Assembly: GCA_963779905.1 (NCBI GenBank)
Contig: CAWAAF010000009.1
Span: forward strand, 32,953 to 96,952
Length of the DNA: 64,000 nt
Reading direction: 5' to 3'
Source: an uncultured Chloroflexia bacterium
GTDB lineage: Bacteria; Chloroflexota; Limnocylindria; Limnocylindrales; CSP1-4
Part shown: piece after piece, positions 33,547-43,902 of the stretch
Numbering within the stretch: position 1 is the stretch's first letter
Layout: the number at the start of each line of letters is the position of its first letter
Notes under the pieces: model-generated
The model's database searches: none
Told to the model about the DNA's origin: nothing
What the model saw: only the letters and a program-made list of their open reading frames with translations
Program-made: the position numbers and the translations under genes

Positions 33547-36500
33547 CTAGTTTGCGCTGATTACCGAATAGTCGTCAAAGCCGAAAGTGACCGGCGCAGT
33601 GGTGGCGCTGCCGGCCACGTAGAGGCGCAGGCCGACGCCGCCCGCACTCTGCAGTGCGGCAGCACTATTGGTTGTCGTGAAGTTCCAGCCAGCCGGCTCG
33701 GCGCTGCCGTCGGCCCAGGCCTTGACGCGAATGGTGGTCGTACCCGTGCCCGTTACCTGCGCGCGGAAGCGGATCCAGCCACCGGCACTCTGGGTCACGC
33801 CGGGCACCACGACCGCGTTGCCAAGCGGCGATTCGGTGCCGTTCTGGACGATGCTGGCCTGGGCGGAGATGGTGCCGTTGGCGTTGAACAGGATGCGCGG
33901 CCGGTACTCGTTATTGCCGCTGACGCGGGCGGCGGCGTAGATGTAATAAGGACCACCCGCGGCGACCTTGTCCACGCGCACGCGGAAGCTGATATCGACG
34001 TCGCGAGCCGACACGCCGTTCAGCATCGCCGAGCGGGTCGTAGCGGTGGTCGGATCGATCATCGTGCCGACGCCCGCGCCCACGCTGAAGTTGGCGGCCG
34101 GCCCGAGCAACGTGTAAGCGCCGCCAACATCGGCATTGCCCCAGCCACCGCTGGTCGTGCGGCTGAACGCATCCGCGGCATAGGTAGTCGTGCTTGACAC
34201 CGGCGTGACAGTGACCGTCTTGGTGACACTGTTTGATCCACCGGCGTTCGACGCGGTCAGCTTGACGCTGTAGTTACCGGCGGTGGCATATGTGTGCGTC
34301 GGGCTTTGCTGAGTTGACGAAGAGCTGTCGCCGAAGTCCCAACTCCAAGAGGTGGGGCTGCCGGTCGAGGCGTCCGTGAAGTCGACGGTTAGGCTGGCTG
34401 CCTGCTGGCCCCACGTGAAGTCGGCCGTCGGCGGCGGCGGCGGCGCCTGGAAGGTCACCGCCACGTTGGTCGAAAGCATCGAGGTGTTGTTGTTGGTGGC
34501 GATCTGGAGCGCGGTCACGTTCCAGTTGTTGGGAGATCGAGACGGGCAGGCTCCAGTTGCCATTCGAGCCAACCGTTGCGGAGCCGATGTACGAGATGGG
34601 CAGCCCGCTCTGGCCGGCCGGGCGGTCGGCGCGGTAGACCTCGACCGTCGCACCGCTGATGCCGGTGCCAAACGCGCCGATCGTGGTAGCCGACGTGATC
34701 ACGGGCGACGCGAGCAGGGCGTTGGCGCCAGAAGCCGGATCCTGGGTGTACGGCGCCAGGTAGATCGCCTGTGCCGTCGTGTTGGTGATGATGTTCTGGC
34801 TGATGCCGGATGAAGCGAACGTCGGGCTGGGTCAGCGCAATCCCGTAGTTGCCGGTGTTGCTGATCTGGTTACCGACGACCGTGTGGCTGGCGGTGTGCT
34901 CGCGCACGACGATGCCGTAGCGACCGACCGGCGCGGCCGTACCCAGCGGTGAGACGCCGATGATGTTGTTGCGAATCGTGTTGTCAGTGGCGTTGGCGGA
35001 CATCGTCTGGATGCCGTCGTAGGCGGACGAGACGTAGTTGGCCTGGATGAGGTTGTGACTCGAGCCGTCGTAGGCGTTGAACGCCGTTGCCGTTGTCGGC
35101 GGTGCCGGGGTCGTTGATGCCGGACCGGAAGTTGACGTCGTAGGCGCCGTTCTGGCGGAAGCCAACCCAGTTGCCGATGGCCTGGTTGTTGCAAACGCAC
35201 CAGGTCGAGTCGGTCTGGCCGACCGGCCCGTCGGGGTTCCAGCCGTGGGAGTACTCGATGCCGTTGAGCAGCGTGCGGCCGATGATGTTGCGCTCGTTGG
35301 TGCCGGTGCCACCGATCAGCTCGCCCTGCGTGCCATGGTCGTGGTCGATGCCACTGCTGCAGGCGGCAGCGGTCGAGTTGGTGCCGGTCGGCGTCGCGCA
35401 CAGCAGGTTGTTCTGGATGACGTTGCCGTGAGTGCCTGCGCCGTAACTCATGATGCCGGTGGTGTCACGACCGCTGACGTTGCGGTCGGCCAGCGCCGGC
35501 GTCCCGATGTGGTTGTTGCTCGCGCCCGTGTTCAGCAGGATGTTGTAGTTGCCGCTGTTGATGTAAGCGGTGCCGGTCGAGTTGAAGCCGAACCAGTTGC
35601 CGGCGATCGGTGTTGTTCGTCGCGCCCGACGTATCGAGCATGAGCGCGCGGTTCCAGTTGACGAAGCCAAGGCCGCGAATGACGTTGTTGGCACTGGTGA
35701 TGCGCAACGGGCTACGGTTGGCCGTCGCGGTGCCCGGACCGCGCAACATCACGCCAAGGACGGCGTTGGAGCCGGTGGCGGCGGTGTTGACGTGACTGCC
35801 TGGCTCTGAGTAGCCGTCGATGGTCACGCCGCCGGAGTGATCGTTGATCGCAATGGGGGTCATGCCGATCGAGATCTGGACCGGCGCAACGCCGACCAGG
35901 TTGAAGCTGATGGTGTTGGCGCCTTGCCACCAGTTCGACTCGGTGATGGCGGCGCGGAACGTGCAGTTGCCGAGGCTGTCGGCGCATAGGCCGTCGCCGG
36001 GCGTGGCATCAGGATTGTCGAGCGTGCTGTCGACGACGAAGTTCGGGCCGGCCGACGAGGCCTGTGTGGCGCTGGTGGTCGGCTCGAGCGCCCCGACGCT
36101 GGCCATCTGCTCGCCGCTGGTACTGGCTGTAACAGAGGGTGTCTTCCCTACCGGCGCGGAGTCGCCGCGCGCCGCGAATACCGCCTGCACGTCGACGATG
36201 TCGATGCAGCCATCGTTGTTGGCGTCGCCGTCGAGGCCGCTGTTCGCGTCGCAGGTAACGCCGCGCGCCCGCGCGAGCTCCCAGCCGCCGGTCGCGATGT
36301 CGAGGTCCGTGTTGTCGAAGTGGCCGTTGGCCATCAGGTCATGGATGGGCGCGGCGCCGCGCAAAGTCTTCGGCCCGCCACGACTTGCCGGCGCGCCAAG
36401 GGCGCGCCCGCCGCCATCGACCTTGACCGTGATCGTCGCTTCGTTGCCCGATACGGCCAGGCGGTTGCCGCTGGCATCGGCCAGCGCGTCGATATCGACC

Positions 36501-36865
36501 CGAACCTGCAGATCGCCGGCGGTCAGTGGCGCAAAGATGACGTTCATTACGGCCCCCGGGCGCAGGTTGTACGCGCCGAAGGCGTACCCGCCGGGGATGT
36601 CGACCGGCATGAACGACGTTCCGCCGCCCCTTGGGTCGACGCTGACCATGGTCGCTGCCGTCGTGTCGAAGTAAATACGCCCATCGACGGCTGCCGCCTT
36701 GCCTGGAAGCCGGAACTGGATGGCGGTCGACTGATTGCGGTGCGGGTTACCGCCGACTTGGCTCAGCGCGACGACAGAGCTGGGTCCGGCTGCCACGCCC
36801 AGAGCGGGCACAGCTGACAGGGCCAGCAGGACAGCGAAGACGAAAGCTGAAAGAACGCGCGGCAT
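33547..36865 (-). CDS. Tandem paralogue: cohesin-like, dockerin-like, CSLREA, beta-helix, PKD, shared domain (several frameshifts)
   Basis: GDANNDGCIDIVDVQAV; FVVDSTLD...CTFRAAITESN; EYSHGWNP matching EFSHGWDP of its neighbour; WSWDFGD; YAADAFSRT. Confidence 0.8.
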
Positions 36866-36996
36866 CAGGCGACCTCAGGTTTTTGCGACGGCCCACAGCC
36901 ATTGGGCGTAAGTGCTTAGAACGGCGTCAGCGAATGCTGGGCCTACTGTTGGGACGGCTCCGTTTGATCGCCTGCACCGACTATTTCAATACCCTG

Positions 36997-38062
36997 TCAA
37001 ACCGATTCGGGAGCTGGCGGGGCGAACTTGTCGGCGCCATAAATGCCGAACACCGCGGAGAGGCCGTAGGGCTCCACCAGGAACTGACCGACCGAATCGC
37101 CGGTGCGCAGGTCGTAACAACCGACATGCGTCCCGAAGTCACGCTTAAGCCCGTGCAGCACCCAGCCCACGTTCTCGCGGAATTTCGTCGGCCTGATGCG
37201 CGAGAAGCCCACCCACATATGGTCGCCTTCGACGAGCAGGCCGCGAGCCCAGCCGAGCAGCATGTCCGCTGGGTGAGCGCGAGTCAGGTCGATTACCTCG
37301 ATGACGCGCAGGGTGGTCGTGTCGGCAATGGCGATCTGGCCGTTAACTGTCGTGAAGTAGACGTGGCCATCGTGGACCAGGCCGTCGTGTAGCCGCTCCA
37401 GGCCAATGTCGATGCGCCGCGACGGATCGACGAGCGAGACCGCGTCACGCTGTTCGAAGCGTGTCGCCCACGGCTCGTCACCGATGTAGAAGACGTGGTT
37501 CGGGTGAGCGTGGTGCGGCTTGGTCGTCTTCGACCCGCCGGTAGTCGGTAGCCGGTGAGAAGCGCGCCCATGGGTCCTCGCCCAGCACATTCCACATTTG
37601 GACGACCTCGCCGGTGAGGCTCACCTCCATGACCATGTCGAGGCCGGTGTCTGCCACGAGGAGGTTGCCGTCCGGCGTGGGACGGACGTGGTGCACGTCG
37701 TTGAAGTGGGGCAGTGACACGTAGGCGAGCCGCTCGAACGAAGGCACGCGGTAGACCATCACCTCGGTCTGCGTACAGGTGTAGAGCAGGTCGCCGTTGA
37801 GTGTGCCTGACTTGAACAGGATCGCCGGCTGTTCGTCCGGGATCGCGTCCGGCGGCGAAACGTACTCAACGACTTTGTGCGCCTTGCCGGTAGCGGTGTC
37901 GAGCTCAACGATCAGCGCCTTCTCGTATTCATACCAACCACCGTCCATGCCCGCCGCCATCGGCCGAAGGCCGCGCTGCTGGCCGCCGGCGACGTATAGA
38001 CGGCGAACGCCTGGCGCGGCGTTGACAGCTGCGGTTGAACGGTGGACGGCTTCAATTGCCAC
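36997..38062 (-). CDS. Hypothetical beta-propeller protein (frameshift ~37530)
   Basis: AGGAG RBS; FNDVHHVRPTPDGNLLVADTGLD, HPNHVF, RLHDG, GWARGL, MWVGFS. Confidence 0.6.
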
Positions 38063-38088
38063 TGGGCTTTCTCCTGAAGGTCGCGGTG

Positions 38089-39051
38089 TCAGTTGGTCGG
38101 GTCCGTCGCAGTCACGGTCAGGTCTGAAATCCGCAGGGTCAGCGGGGCGTTTGTCACGTTGCGGCCGAGATAGGCGCCGACTCCCACCGCGCCGGCCGGC
38201 TGGAGCACACCCGTCCAATCGATGGCGCCGAACTGCCACTGCGGCGGCTCTCGAAGTGCGGCGTCCCACACCTTGACGAAGACGGACGTCGGGTCGCTGC
38301 CCGCGACATAGGCGCGCAAGCGCAGCGTGTGGCCGGCGATGTCGGGCACGTTGGCCACGAGCACCTCGCGACCAAGCGACTGCTCCTTGCCGCCGATGAT
38401 GAGCCCGGCATGGACGTAGACGGCGCCATCCTGGGTAATGAACATGCGCGGCCTGTAGGCGTCACCTTCGTCGGTCGCCCGTACCAGTGGGTAGACGTAC
38501 AAGTTTCCGTCGGCGGGCAGCTTGTCTACGCCAAGCGCGAAGGAGACCTCGACGTCCCGCGCCGGCGCGCCGCCGAGAATGGCGCTGAGCGTGTCTCCGG
38601 GCGCTGCCAGGCTCATTACGCCGTGACCGCCGTCGACCGACAGACTGGGCGCCTCATCGGCCGAAGGTGGGTTGTAGGCGGCGCCAACGTCGGGCGACCC
38701 CCAGCCAGCGCTGGCAGTTCGGGCAAAAGTGTCGCGAGCGACCGTCGTTGCGGGTCCCGCGGCAGGCGGCACGGGGATGGCGAGTGGTACGAAGCCGGTG
38801 AGCGGATCGGGGGCCGGCAGGGCCCGGCCCGACGGAGGGACGGGCGTGCCTCCGCTCAACTCGACGATGGTGCTGGGATCCACCCAGGCGGGGGTAAAAA
38901 CCAGTACGAGCAGCACCGCGAGGACGGTGACCAGCCTGGACGAACCGGCCGTGGCAGGTGCCGGAACCGCTGCGTCAACCGGCTCGGCGAGTTCCGCTGA
39001 TTGGACGGGCCGGTCGGGCTCGGCGGGCGTGGATGGCGGACGGGTCGACAT
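38089..39051 (-). CDS. Membrane-anchored protein consisting mainly of one shared domain
   Basis: TM LVTVLAVLLVLVF; VARDTFART..GWGSPDVG...VKVW...WQF...GAVGV...NAP. Confidence 0.7.
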   Translation of the reverse strand: MSTRPPSTPAEPDRPVQSAELAEPVDAAVPAPATAGSSRLVTVLAVLLVLVFTPAWVDPSTIVELSGGTPVPPSGRALPAPDPLTGFVPLAIPVPPAAGPATTVARDTFARTASAGWGSPDVGAAYNPPSADEAPSLSVDGGHGVMSLAAPGDTLSAILGGAPARDVEVSFALGVDKLPADGNLYVYPLVRATDEGDAYRPRMFITQDGAVYVHAGLIIGGKEQSLGREVLVANVPDIAGHTLRLRAYVAGSDPTSVFVKVWDAALREPPQWQFGAIDWTGVLQPAGAVGVGAYLGRNVTNAPLTLRISDLTVTATDPTN

Positions 39052-39173
39052 TGGCTGCCAGAGTCCCACGGTTGGCATACCGCGCCCATTCCATGTCGCG
39101 TAACGTCATCGCAACACCGCGATAACAGCTGTAGTCGCAGCGCTCGAGGCGATCGGGCTAGCCTGCGGCGGCG

Positions 39174-40277
39174 ATGACTGCGTCACCCACCGCGCTGCCG
39201 ATTTCCGGCGGGCCCATCCGCCCGGGGTCGAGCGTCCCTCCGTCGTATCTCGTTCGCGCCAAGGCGCCGCTGCGCATCAGCTTCGCCGGCGGCGGCACCG
39301 ACGTTTCGCCGTTCCCGGAGCTGGAGGGCGGATGCGTTCTGTCGGCGACCATCAACCGTTACGCGTGGGGAACGCTGCGCCGCCGGGTCGATGGGCAGAT
39401 CTGCATCAACTCACTCGATTTCGGGACGTCACTCAGCTACAGCTCTCTCGACGACCTGGTCTACGACGGCGAGATGGACCTGCCCAAGGGCGCCATCAAC
39501 CGGCTGGCCGGCGATCACCGCGGCGGGTATGACCTGTTCCTGCACTCGGACGCACCGCCCGGGTCCGGCCTCGGCTCTTCGTCCGCGATGATGGTCGCGC
39601 TGGTCGGGCTGCTCAAGGAGATGAACGGCCAGGCGCTGACCGACTACGAGGTGGCCGACCTGGCCTACGACATCGAGCGCGTCGACCTGGGCATCCTGGG
39701 TGGCATGCAGGACCAGTACGCGGCGGCCTTCGGTGGGTTCAACTTCATCGAGTTCCTGGCCGACCGGGTCGTGGTCAATCCCCTCAAGATCAACGCCGAT
39801 ACGCAGAACGAGCTCGAATACAACATGCTGCTGTGCGACACCGGCAAGGTGCGACTGTCGTCGCGCATCATCGAGGACCAGGTCCGGCGCTATCAGGACG
39901 GCGACGCCGACACCATGACGGCGCTGCGCGAGCTCAAAGCGCTGACGTTCGAGATGAAGAATGCGCTGCTGCGCCGCCAGCTAGACGACTTTGGCCGGCT
40001 GCTGGACGAGGAATGGCGCCACAAGCGCCGAATGTCCGACCGCATCTCCAGTCCGGAGCTGGACGAGCTGTACTCCATCGCCCTCAAGGAAGGCGCGCTT
40101 GGCGGCAAGATCACCGGCGCTGGTGGTGGCGGCTACATGCTGCTGTACTGCCGCTTCGACCGGAAGCACGCTGTCGCCGAACGTCTGCGCAACCTGGGTT
40201 GCGAGCCACACAAGGTCGCCTTCGAGCCTCTTGGTCTGCAGACCTGGCGGGTCAACTGCGAACCTGACGCCGCCTGA
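39174..40277 (+). CDS. hddA: GHMP kinase, D-glycero-alpha-D-manno-heptose-7-phosphate kinase-like
   Basis: APLRISFAGGGTD, PPGSGLGSSS, GGMQDQYAAAFGGFN, GGKITGAGGGG. Confidence 0.85.
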   Translation: MTASPTALPISGGPIRPGSSVPPSYLVRAKAPLRISFAGGGTDVSPFPELEGGCVLSATINRYAWGTLRRRVDGQICINSLDFGTSLSYSSLDDLVYDGEMDLPKGAINRLAGDHRGGYDLFLHSDAPPGSGLGSSSAMMVALVGLLKEMNGQALTDYEVADLAYDIERVDLGILGGMQDQYAAAFGGFNFIEFLADRVVVNPLKINADTQNELEYNMLLCDTGKVRLSSRIIEDQVRRYQDGDADTMTALRELKALTFEMKNALLRRQLDDFGRLLDEEWRHKRRMSDRISSPELDELYSIALKEGALGGKITGAGGGGYMLLYCRFDRKHAVAERLRNLGCEPHKVAFEPLGLQTWRVNCEPDAA

Positions 40278-40284
40278 AGTCCGC

Positions 40285-41469
40285 GTGGCCAAGGCTTCTC
40301 GTCGCCCCCGGCGGATCATGGTCGTCGGCTCGGGCACCAGGTTCCTGAGCGGGATCAGCGTTTACACGGTTCGGCTGGCCAACGCGTTCGCGGAGCGTGG
40401 CTACCGCTCCTCGCTGATGACCATGCGTCAACTGCTGCCGGCACGCTTTTATCCGGGCCGCGTACGCGTCGGCGCGAGCCTGACGAAGCTTGGCCACGAC
40501 CCTGACGTGGCGACCTTTGATGGCGTCGATTGGTATTGGCTGCCCAGCCTCGCGCGGGCAGTTTGGTTTCTGCTTCGGCAGCGGCCGGATGTGGTGATCT
40601 TGCAGTGGTGGACGGGAACGGTCCTGCACACCTACATCGCGCTTGCACTGCTGACGCGGCTGCTGGGCGGGCGCGTAGTGATCGAATTCCACGAGGTGCT
40701 CGACACCGGCGAGGTCAACATTCCGCTGGCGCACGCGTACGTGCGGACTTTCGCGCCGCTGCTGATGGGCCTGGCCAACGGCTTCGCCGTCCACTCGCAG
40801 TTCGACCGTGAGGCGGTGGGCAAGACGTGGCGGCTGGGGCGGCGGCGACCGATCAAAGTCCTGCCCCACGGGCCGCACGATCACTACCGCGCGGAATCGG
40901 GCGGCCGGCCATTGCGCGAGGCGCCGACGGGCGTCATCAACCTGCTGTTCTTCGGCGTCATCAGGCCGTTCAAGGGGCTCGAGCATCTGGTGACGGCCTT
41001 CGAGACGCTGCCCGAAGCAGATTGCGAGAAGTTCTGGCTGACGGTGGTCGGAGAAACGTGGGAGGGCTGGACGCTACCGGGCGAGCAGATCGCGCGCAGC
41101 CCGCGTCGAGACCGGATCACGTTCGTGAATCGCTACGTGAGCGACGAGGAGCTCGACGGTTACCTGCGCGGGGCCGACGCCGTGGTGCTGCCCTACCTTC
41201 GTTCGTCGCTGAGCGGGCCGCTCCATGTCGCCATGGGCTATGGGCTGCCCATCGTCATGAGCGACGTCGGCGGCAACCCCGAAGCGGCAGAGGGCTACGA
41301 GGGGGTAGTGCTCGTCGAGCCGGGCAAGCCGGACGCGCTGCAGGCGGCAATCCTCAGCCTGCCAGATCTCGGTGCTCGGCGCTACAGCCATCCGCGCAGT
41401 TGGACACAGACCGTCGAGGCCTACGAGGACCTGCTTGCGGAGGTTGGCGGGAAGCCGTCGCAGCAATAG
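40285..41469 (+). CDS. Glycosyltransferase family 4
   Basis: ILQWWT, LFFGVIRPFKGLE, ADAVVLPY, GLPIVMSDVGG. Confidence 0.88.
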   Translation: MAKASRRPRRIMVVGSGTRFLSGISVYTVRLANAFAERGYRSSLMTMRQLLPARFYPGRVRVGASLTKLGHDPDVATFDGVDWYWLPSLARAVWFLLRQRPDVVILQWWTGTVLHTYIALALLTRLLGGRVVIEFHEVLDTGEVNIPLAHAYVRTFAPLLMGLANGFAVHSQFDREAVGKTWRLGRRRPIKVLPHGPHDHYRAESGGRPLREAPTGVINLLFFGVIRPFKGLEHLVTAFETLPEADCEKFWLTVVGETWEGWTLPGEQIARSPRRDRITFVNRYVSDEELDGYLRGADAVVLPYLRSSLSGPLHVAMGYGLPIVMSDVGGNPEAAEGYEGVVLVEPGKPDALQAAILSLPDLGARRYSHPRSWTQTVEAYEDLLAEVGGKPSQQ

Positions 41470-41680
41470 TCCTAGTACTCCCGGAATGCTCGTCCCTCGC
41501 GATTGATTCGCATTTGAAATCCCACCAACCGTAAGTTTCGCCCACCTGACCAGCAATAACAGTGGTCGGGACTGTCCGTGGTGGCCGTTTAGGTGGCACC
41601 CGCAGACAGAAGCAGACAACTCGCCTCCGGTGGCTGCTACGGGCTGTTGTCTTCTGGCTGCTCCGAAATTGGAGGAATCA

Positions 41681-42919
41681 TTGGATTCATTGGGTGCCAA
41701 CTGGCGGCAGGCTCAGCCCAGAGTGCTCGTCGTGGTTGGCACGCGGCCCGAGGTGATCAAGCTTGGGCCGGTCATCAAGGAACTCGAGCTCGACCCTGAT
41801 ATCAAGGTGTCGCTATGCGTCGTCGCGCAGCAGAGCGATCTCCTCGACCAGGCGATAGCGGAGTGGAATCTGGTGGCCGACTACCGCGTCTCGATCCCGA
41901 CTCAAGATCGCCGGCTGGCGACGACGCTGGCCGCCATGCTGCCCGGCCTGGCTGATGCCATCGATGCCGAGAAGCCCACGCTGGTGATGGTCGAGGGCGA
42001 CACGACAACGAATCTGGGTGCCGCTTTGGCCGCGTTCTACGCGGGCGTGCCCGTCGCCCACGTCGAGGCCGGCTTGCGGTCCGGCGACCCGCGGCAGCCC
42101 TTTCCAGAAGAAATGCACCGGGTGCTCGTCGATCGCCTGTCATCCCTGCACTACGCACCGACTGACGGCGCACGCGACAACTTGATGGCCGAGCACTGTG
42201 GAGACCCGGACGGCGTCCTGGTTTCAGGCAACACCGTCGTCGACGCCTTGCTATCGGTGCTGCGCGACAACCGCCACCTCGACGTGGTCCCGCCGGACGG
42301 CCGTCGCGTGCTGCTCGTCACGGCACACCGGCGCGAGAATTTCGGCGACGGCATCGACGCGATCTGCCGCGCAGTGCGCGAACTTGCCACGAGTCGCAAC
42401 GACCTCGACGTGGTCTTCGTGTTGCACTCGAATCCGGCCGCCCGCGGCCCGGCCGAAGCGGCACTGCACGACCTGCCCAATGTTCGCCTGATCAAACCGC
42501 AGCCATATCACGCGTTCATCCGCCTGATAGCGCGTGCCGACATCGTCCTGACCGACTCGGGCGGCGTTCAGGAAGAGGCGCCCTATCTGGGTACGCCGGT
42601 ACTCGTCGCCCGCGACGTGACTGAGCGGCCCGAGGGCAGCGTAGCTGGCGCTGCGCGGCTGGTTGGCACTTGCACCGAAGACATCGTCGACGCCGTGTCG
42701 GCTTTGCTCGACGACGCCGAGCTGTATGCGGCGATGTCGCAGCGTGTAGCACCGTACGGTAATGGCGATGCCGCTGCCCTGATTCACGAGGATCTTGTCA
42801 AGCGGCTGGTCGATCCGTTTGCCAGCGCAGTAGCAGCATCTCAGGACGTGCCCGCAATCGAAGCGCCCAGCATTCTCTCGCTGGCCACCGCCAGGTCAGC
42901 GGCGGCGCCTGCGTCGTGA
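41681..42919 (+). CDS. wecB: UDP-N-acetylglucosamine 2-epimerase (non-hydrolysing)
   Basis: GTRPEVIK, EGDT, HVEAGLRS, FPEE, TAHRREN, TDSGGVQEEA, TERPE; GGAGG RBS at 41671. Confidence 0.93.
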   Translation: MDSLGANWRQAQPRVLVVVGTRPEVIKLGPVIKELELDPDIKVSLCVVAQQSDLLDQAIAEWNLVADYRVSIPTQDRRLATTLAAMLPGLADAIDAEKPTLVMVEGDTTTNLGAALAAFYAGVPVAHVEAGLRSGDPRQPFPEEMHRVLVDRLSSLHYAPTDGARDNLMAEHCGDPDGVLVSGNTVVDALLSVLRDNRHLDVVPPDGRRVLLVTAHRRENFGDGIDAICRAVRELATSRNDLDVVFVLHSNPAARGPAEAALHDLPNVRLIKPQPYHAFIRLIARADIVLTDSGGVQEEAPYLGTPVLVARDVTERPEGSVAGAARLVGTCTEDIVDAVSALLDDAELYAAMSQRVAPYGNGDAAALIHEDLVKRLVDPFASAVAASQDVPAIEAPSILSLATARSAAAPAS

Positions 42920-43902
42920 CACTCGCCGAGAGGGGGGTCGCCGGCTCGATCGAGTGGCTGCAGAGCGCCCATGTCGTCCGTTCGGATGGCCGGGTCATGT
43001 CGTGGGTCAACCCTGAGCGACCGGGCTACCCATACCCGGAGATCGCCGGTTACCTGCTCTCATTCCTCAGCTGGGAGGGCTCGTCGACGGTCGAAACGCG
43101 CGACCGCATCGCGAGCGGCCTGGCCGCCGACGTGTCGGCCGGCGGGGGCGTCGGCCGGTGGGGCATCGACTACGCCTTCGACTCGGCGATGGCCCTGACC
43201 GGGCTGCTGCGGCATGAGCACGTTGGTGGCGGGCTGCCCGAGCCCGCATTGGCTGATCGACTGTACGAGTTCGTCGTTCGGTGCGTCGCGGGGCGGTCGG
43301 CTTACACCGGCGACTCGGATACCGACCCGTCGCATTGGAGCGTGTCCTACGGCTGCCACTTGCTGAAGCTCGCCATCGCGCTGACCGAGTACGAGGCTTC
43401 GCGAGCGTTGCCCAGCCCGAGCGATTGCGTCCGGCAGCTGGTGGAGGATCTTGTTCCCCTCTACGACGAAGGACGGTTCAGGGTCAACGACCTTTCGCGC
43501 GAGACGTACACGCACGCGCACTGCTACGCGGTCGAGGGCCTGCTCACCCTGGACCGTCGCGGTATGGGCGAGTTTCGACCGCTCATCGAGGGTGCCGCCG
43601 ATTGGCTCGCGCGGGTCCAGTTCGACGATGGCGGCTTACCTTCACGCCATGACGGCCGGATCGCCATTGGGCCGGCGCACACCGATTGCACGGCCCAAGC
43701 GGTTCGCATCTGGAGCCTGGTCGATGGTCAGCGCTATTCCACGGAGATCGGCCGGGCGGCGACATTCCTGCGCGAGATGGAGAAAGAGGGCGCGTTTCGA
43801 TACCGGCCTGACTGCGACGACATGAATACCTGGGCAACGATGTTTGCCGTCCAGGCGCTGCGCTGGGCGGATGAGGGTGGCGACTTGACATGGATGGTCT
43901 GA
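42916..43902 (+). CDS. Alpha/alpha-barrel protein (prenyltransferase/squalene-oxidase-repeat-like)
   Basis: YPYPEIAGYLL, FDSAM, THAHCYAVEGL, AADWLARVQFDDGG, TDCTAQA, WATMFAVQAL. Confidence 0.6.
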   Translation: MTLAERGVAGSIEWLQSAHVVRSDGRVMSWVNPERPGYPYPEIAGYLLSFLSWEGSSTVETRDRIASGLAADVSAGGGVGRWGIDYAFDSAMALTGLLRHEHVGGGLPEPALADRLYEFVVRCVAGRSAYTGDSDTDPSHWSVSYGCHLLKLAIALTEYEASRALPSPSDCVRQLVEDLVPLYDEGRFRVNDLSRETYTHAHCYAVEGLLTLDRRGMGEFRPLIEGAADWLARVQFDDGGLPSRHDGRIAIGPAHTDCTAQAVRIWSLVDGQRYSTEIGRAATFLREMEKEGAFRYRPDCDDMNTWATMFAVQALRWADEGGDLTWMV

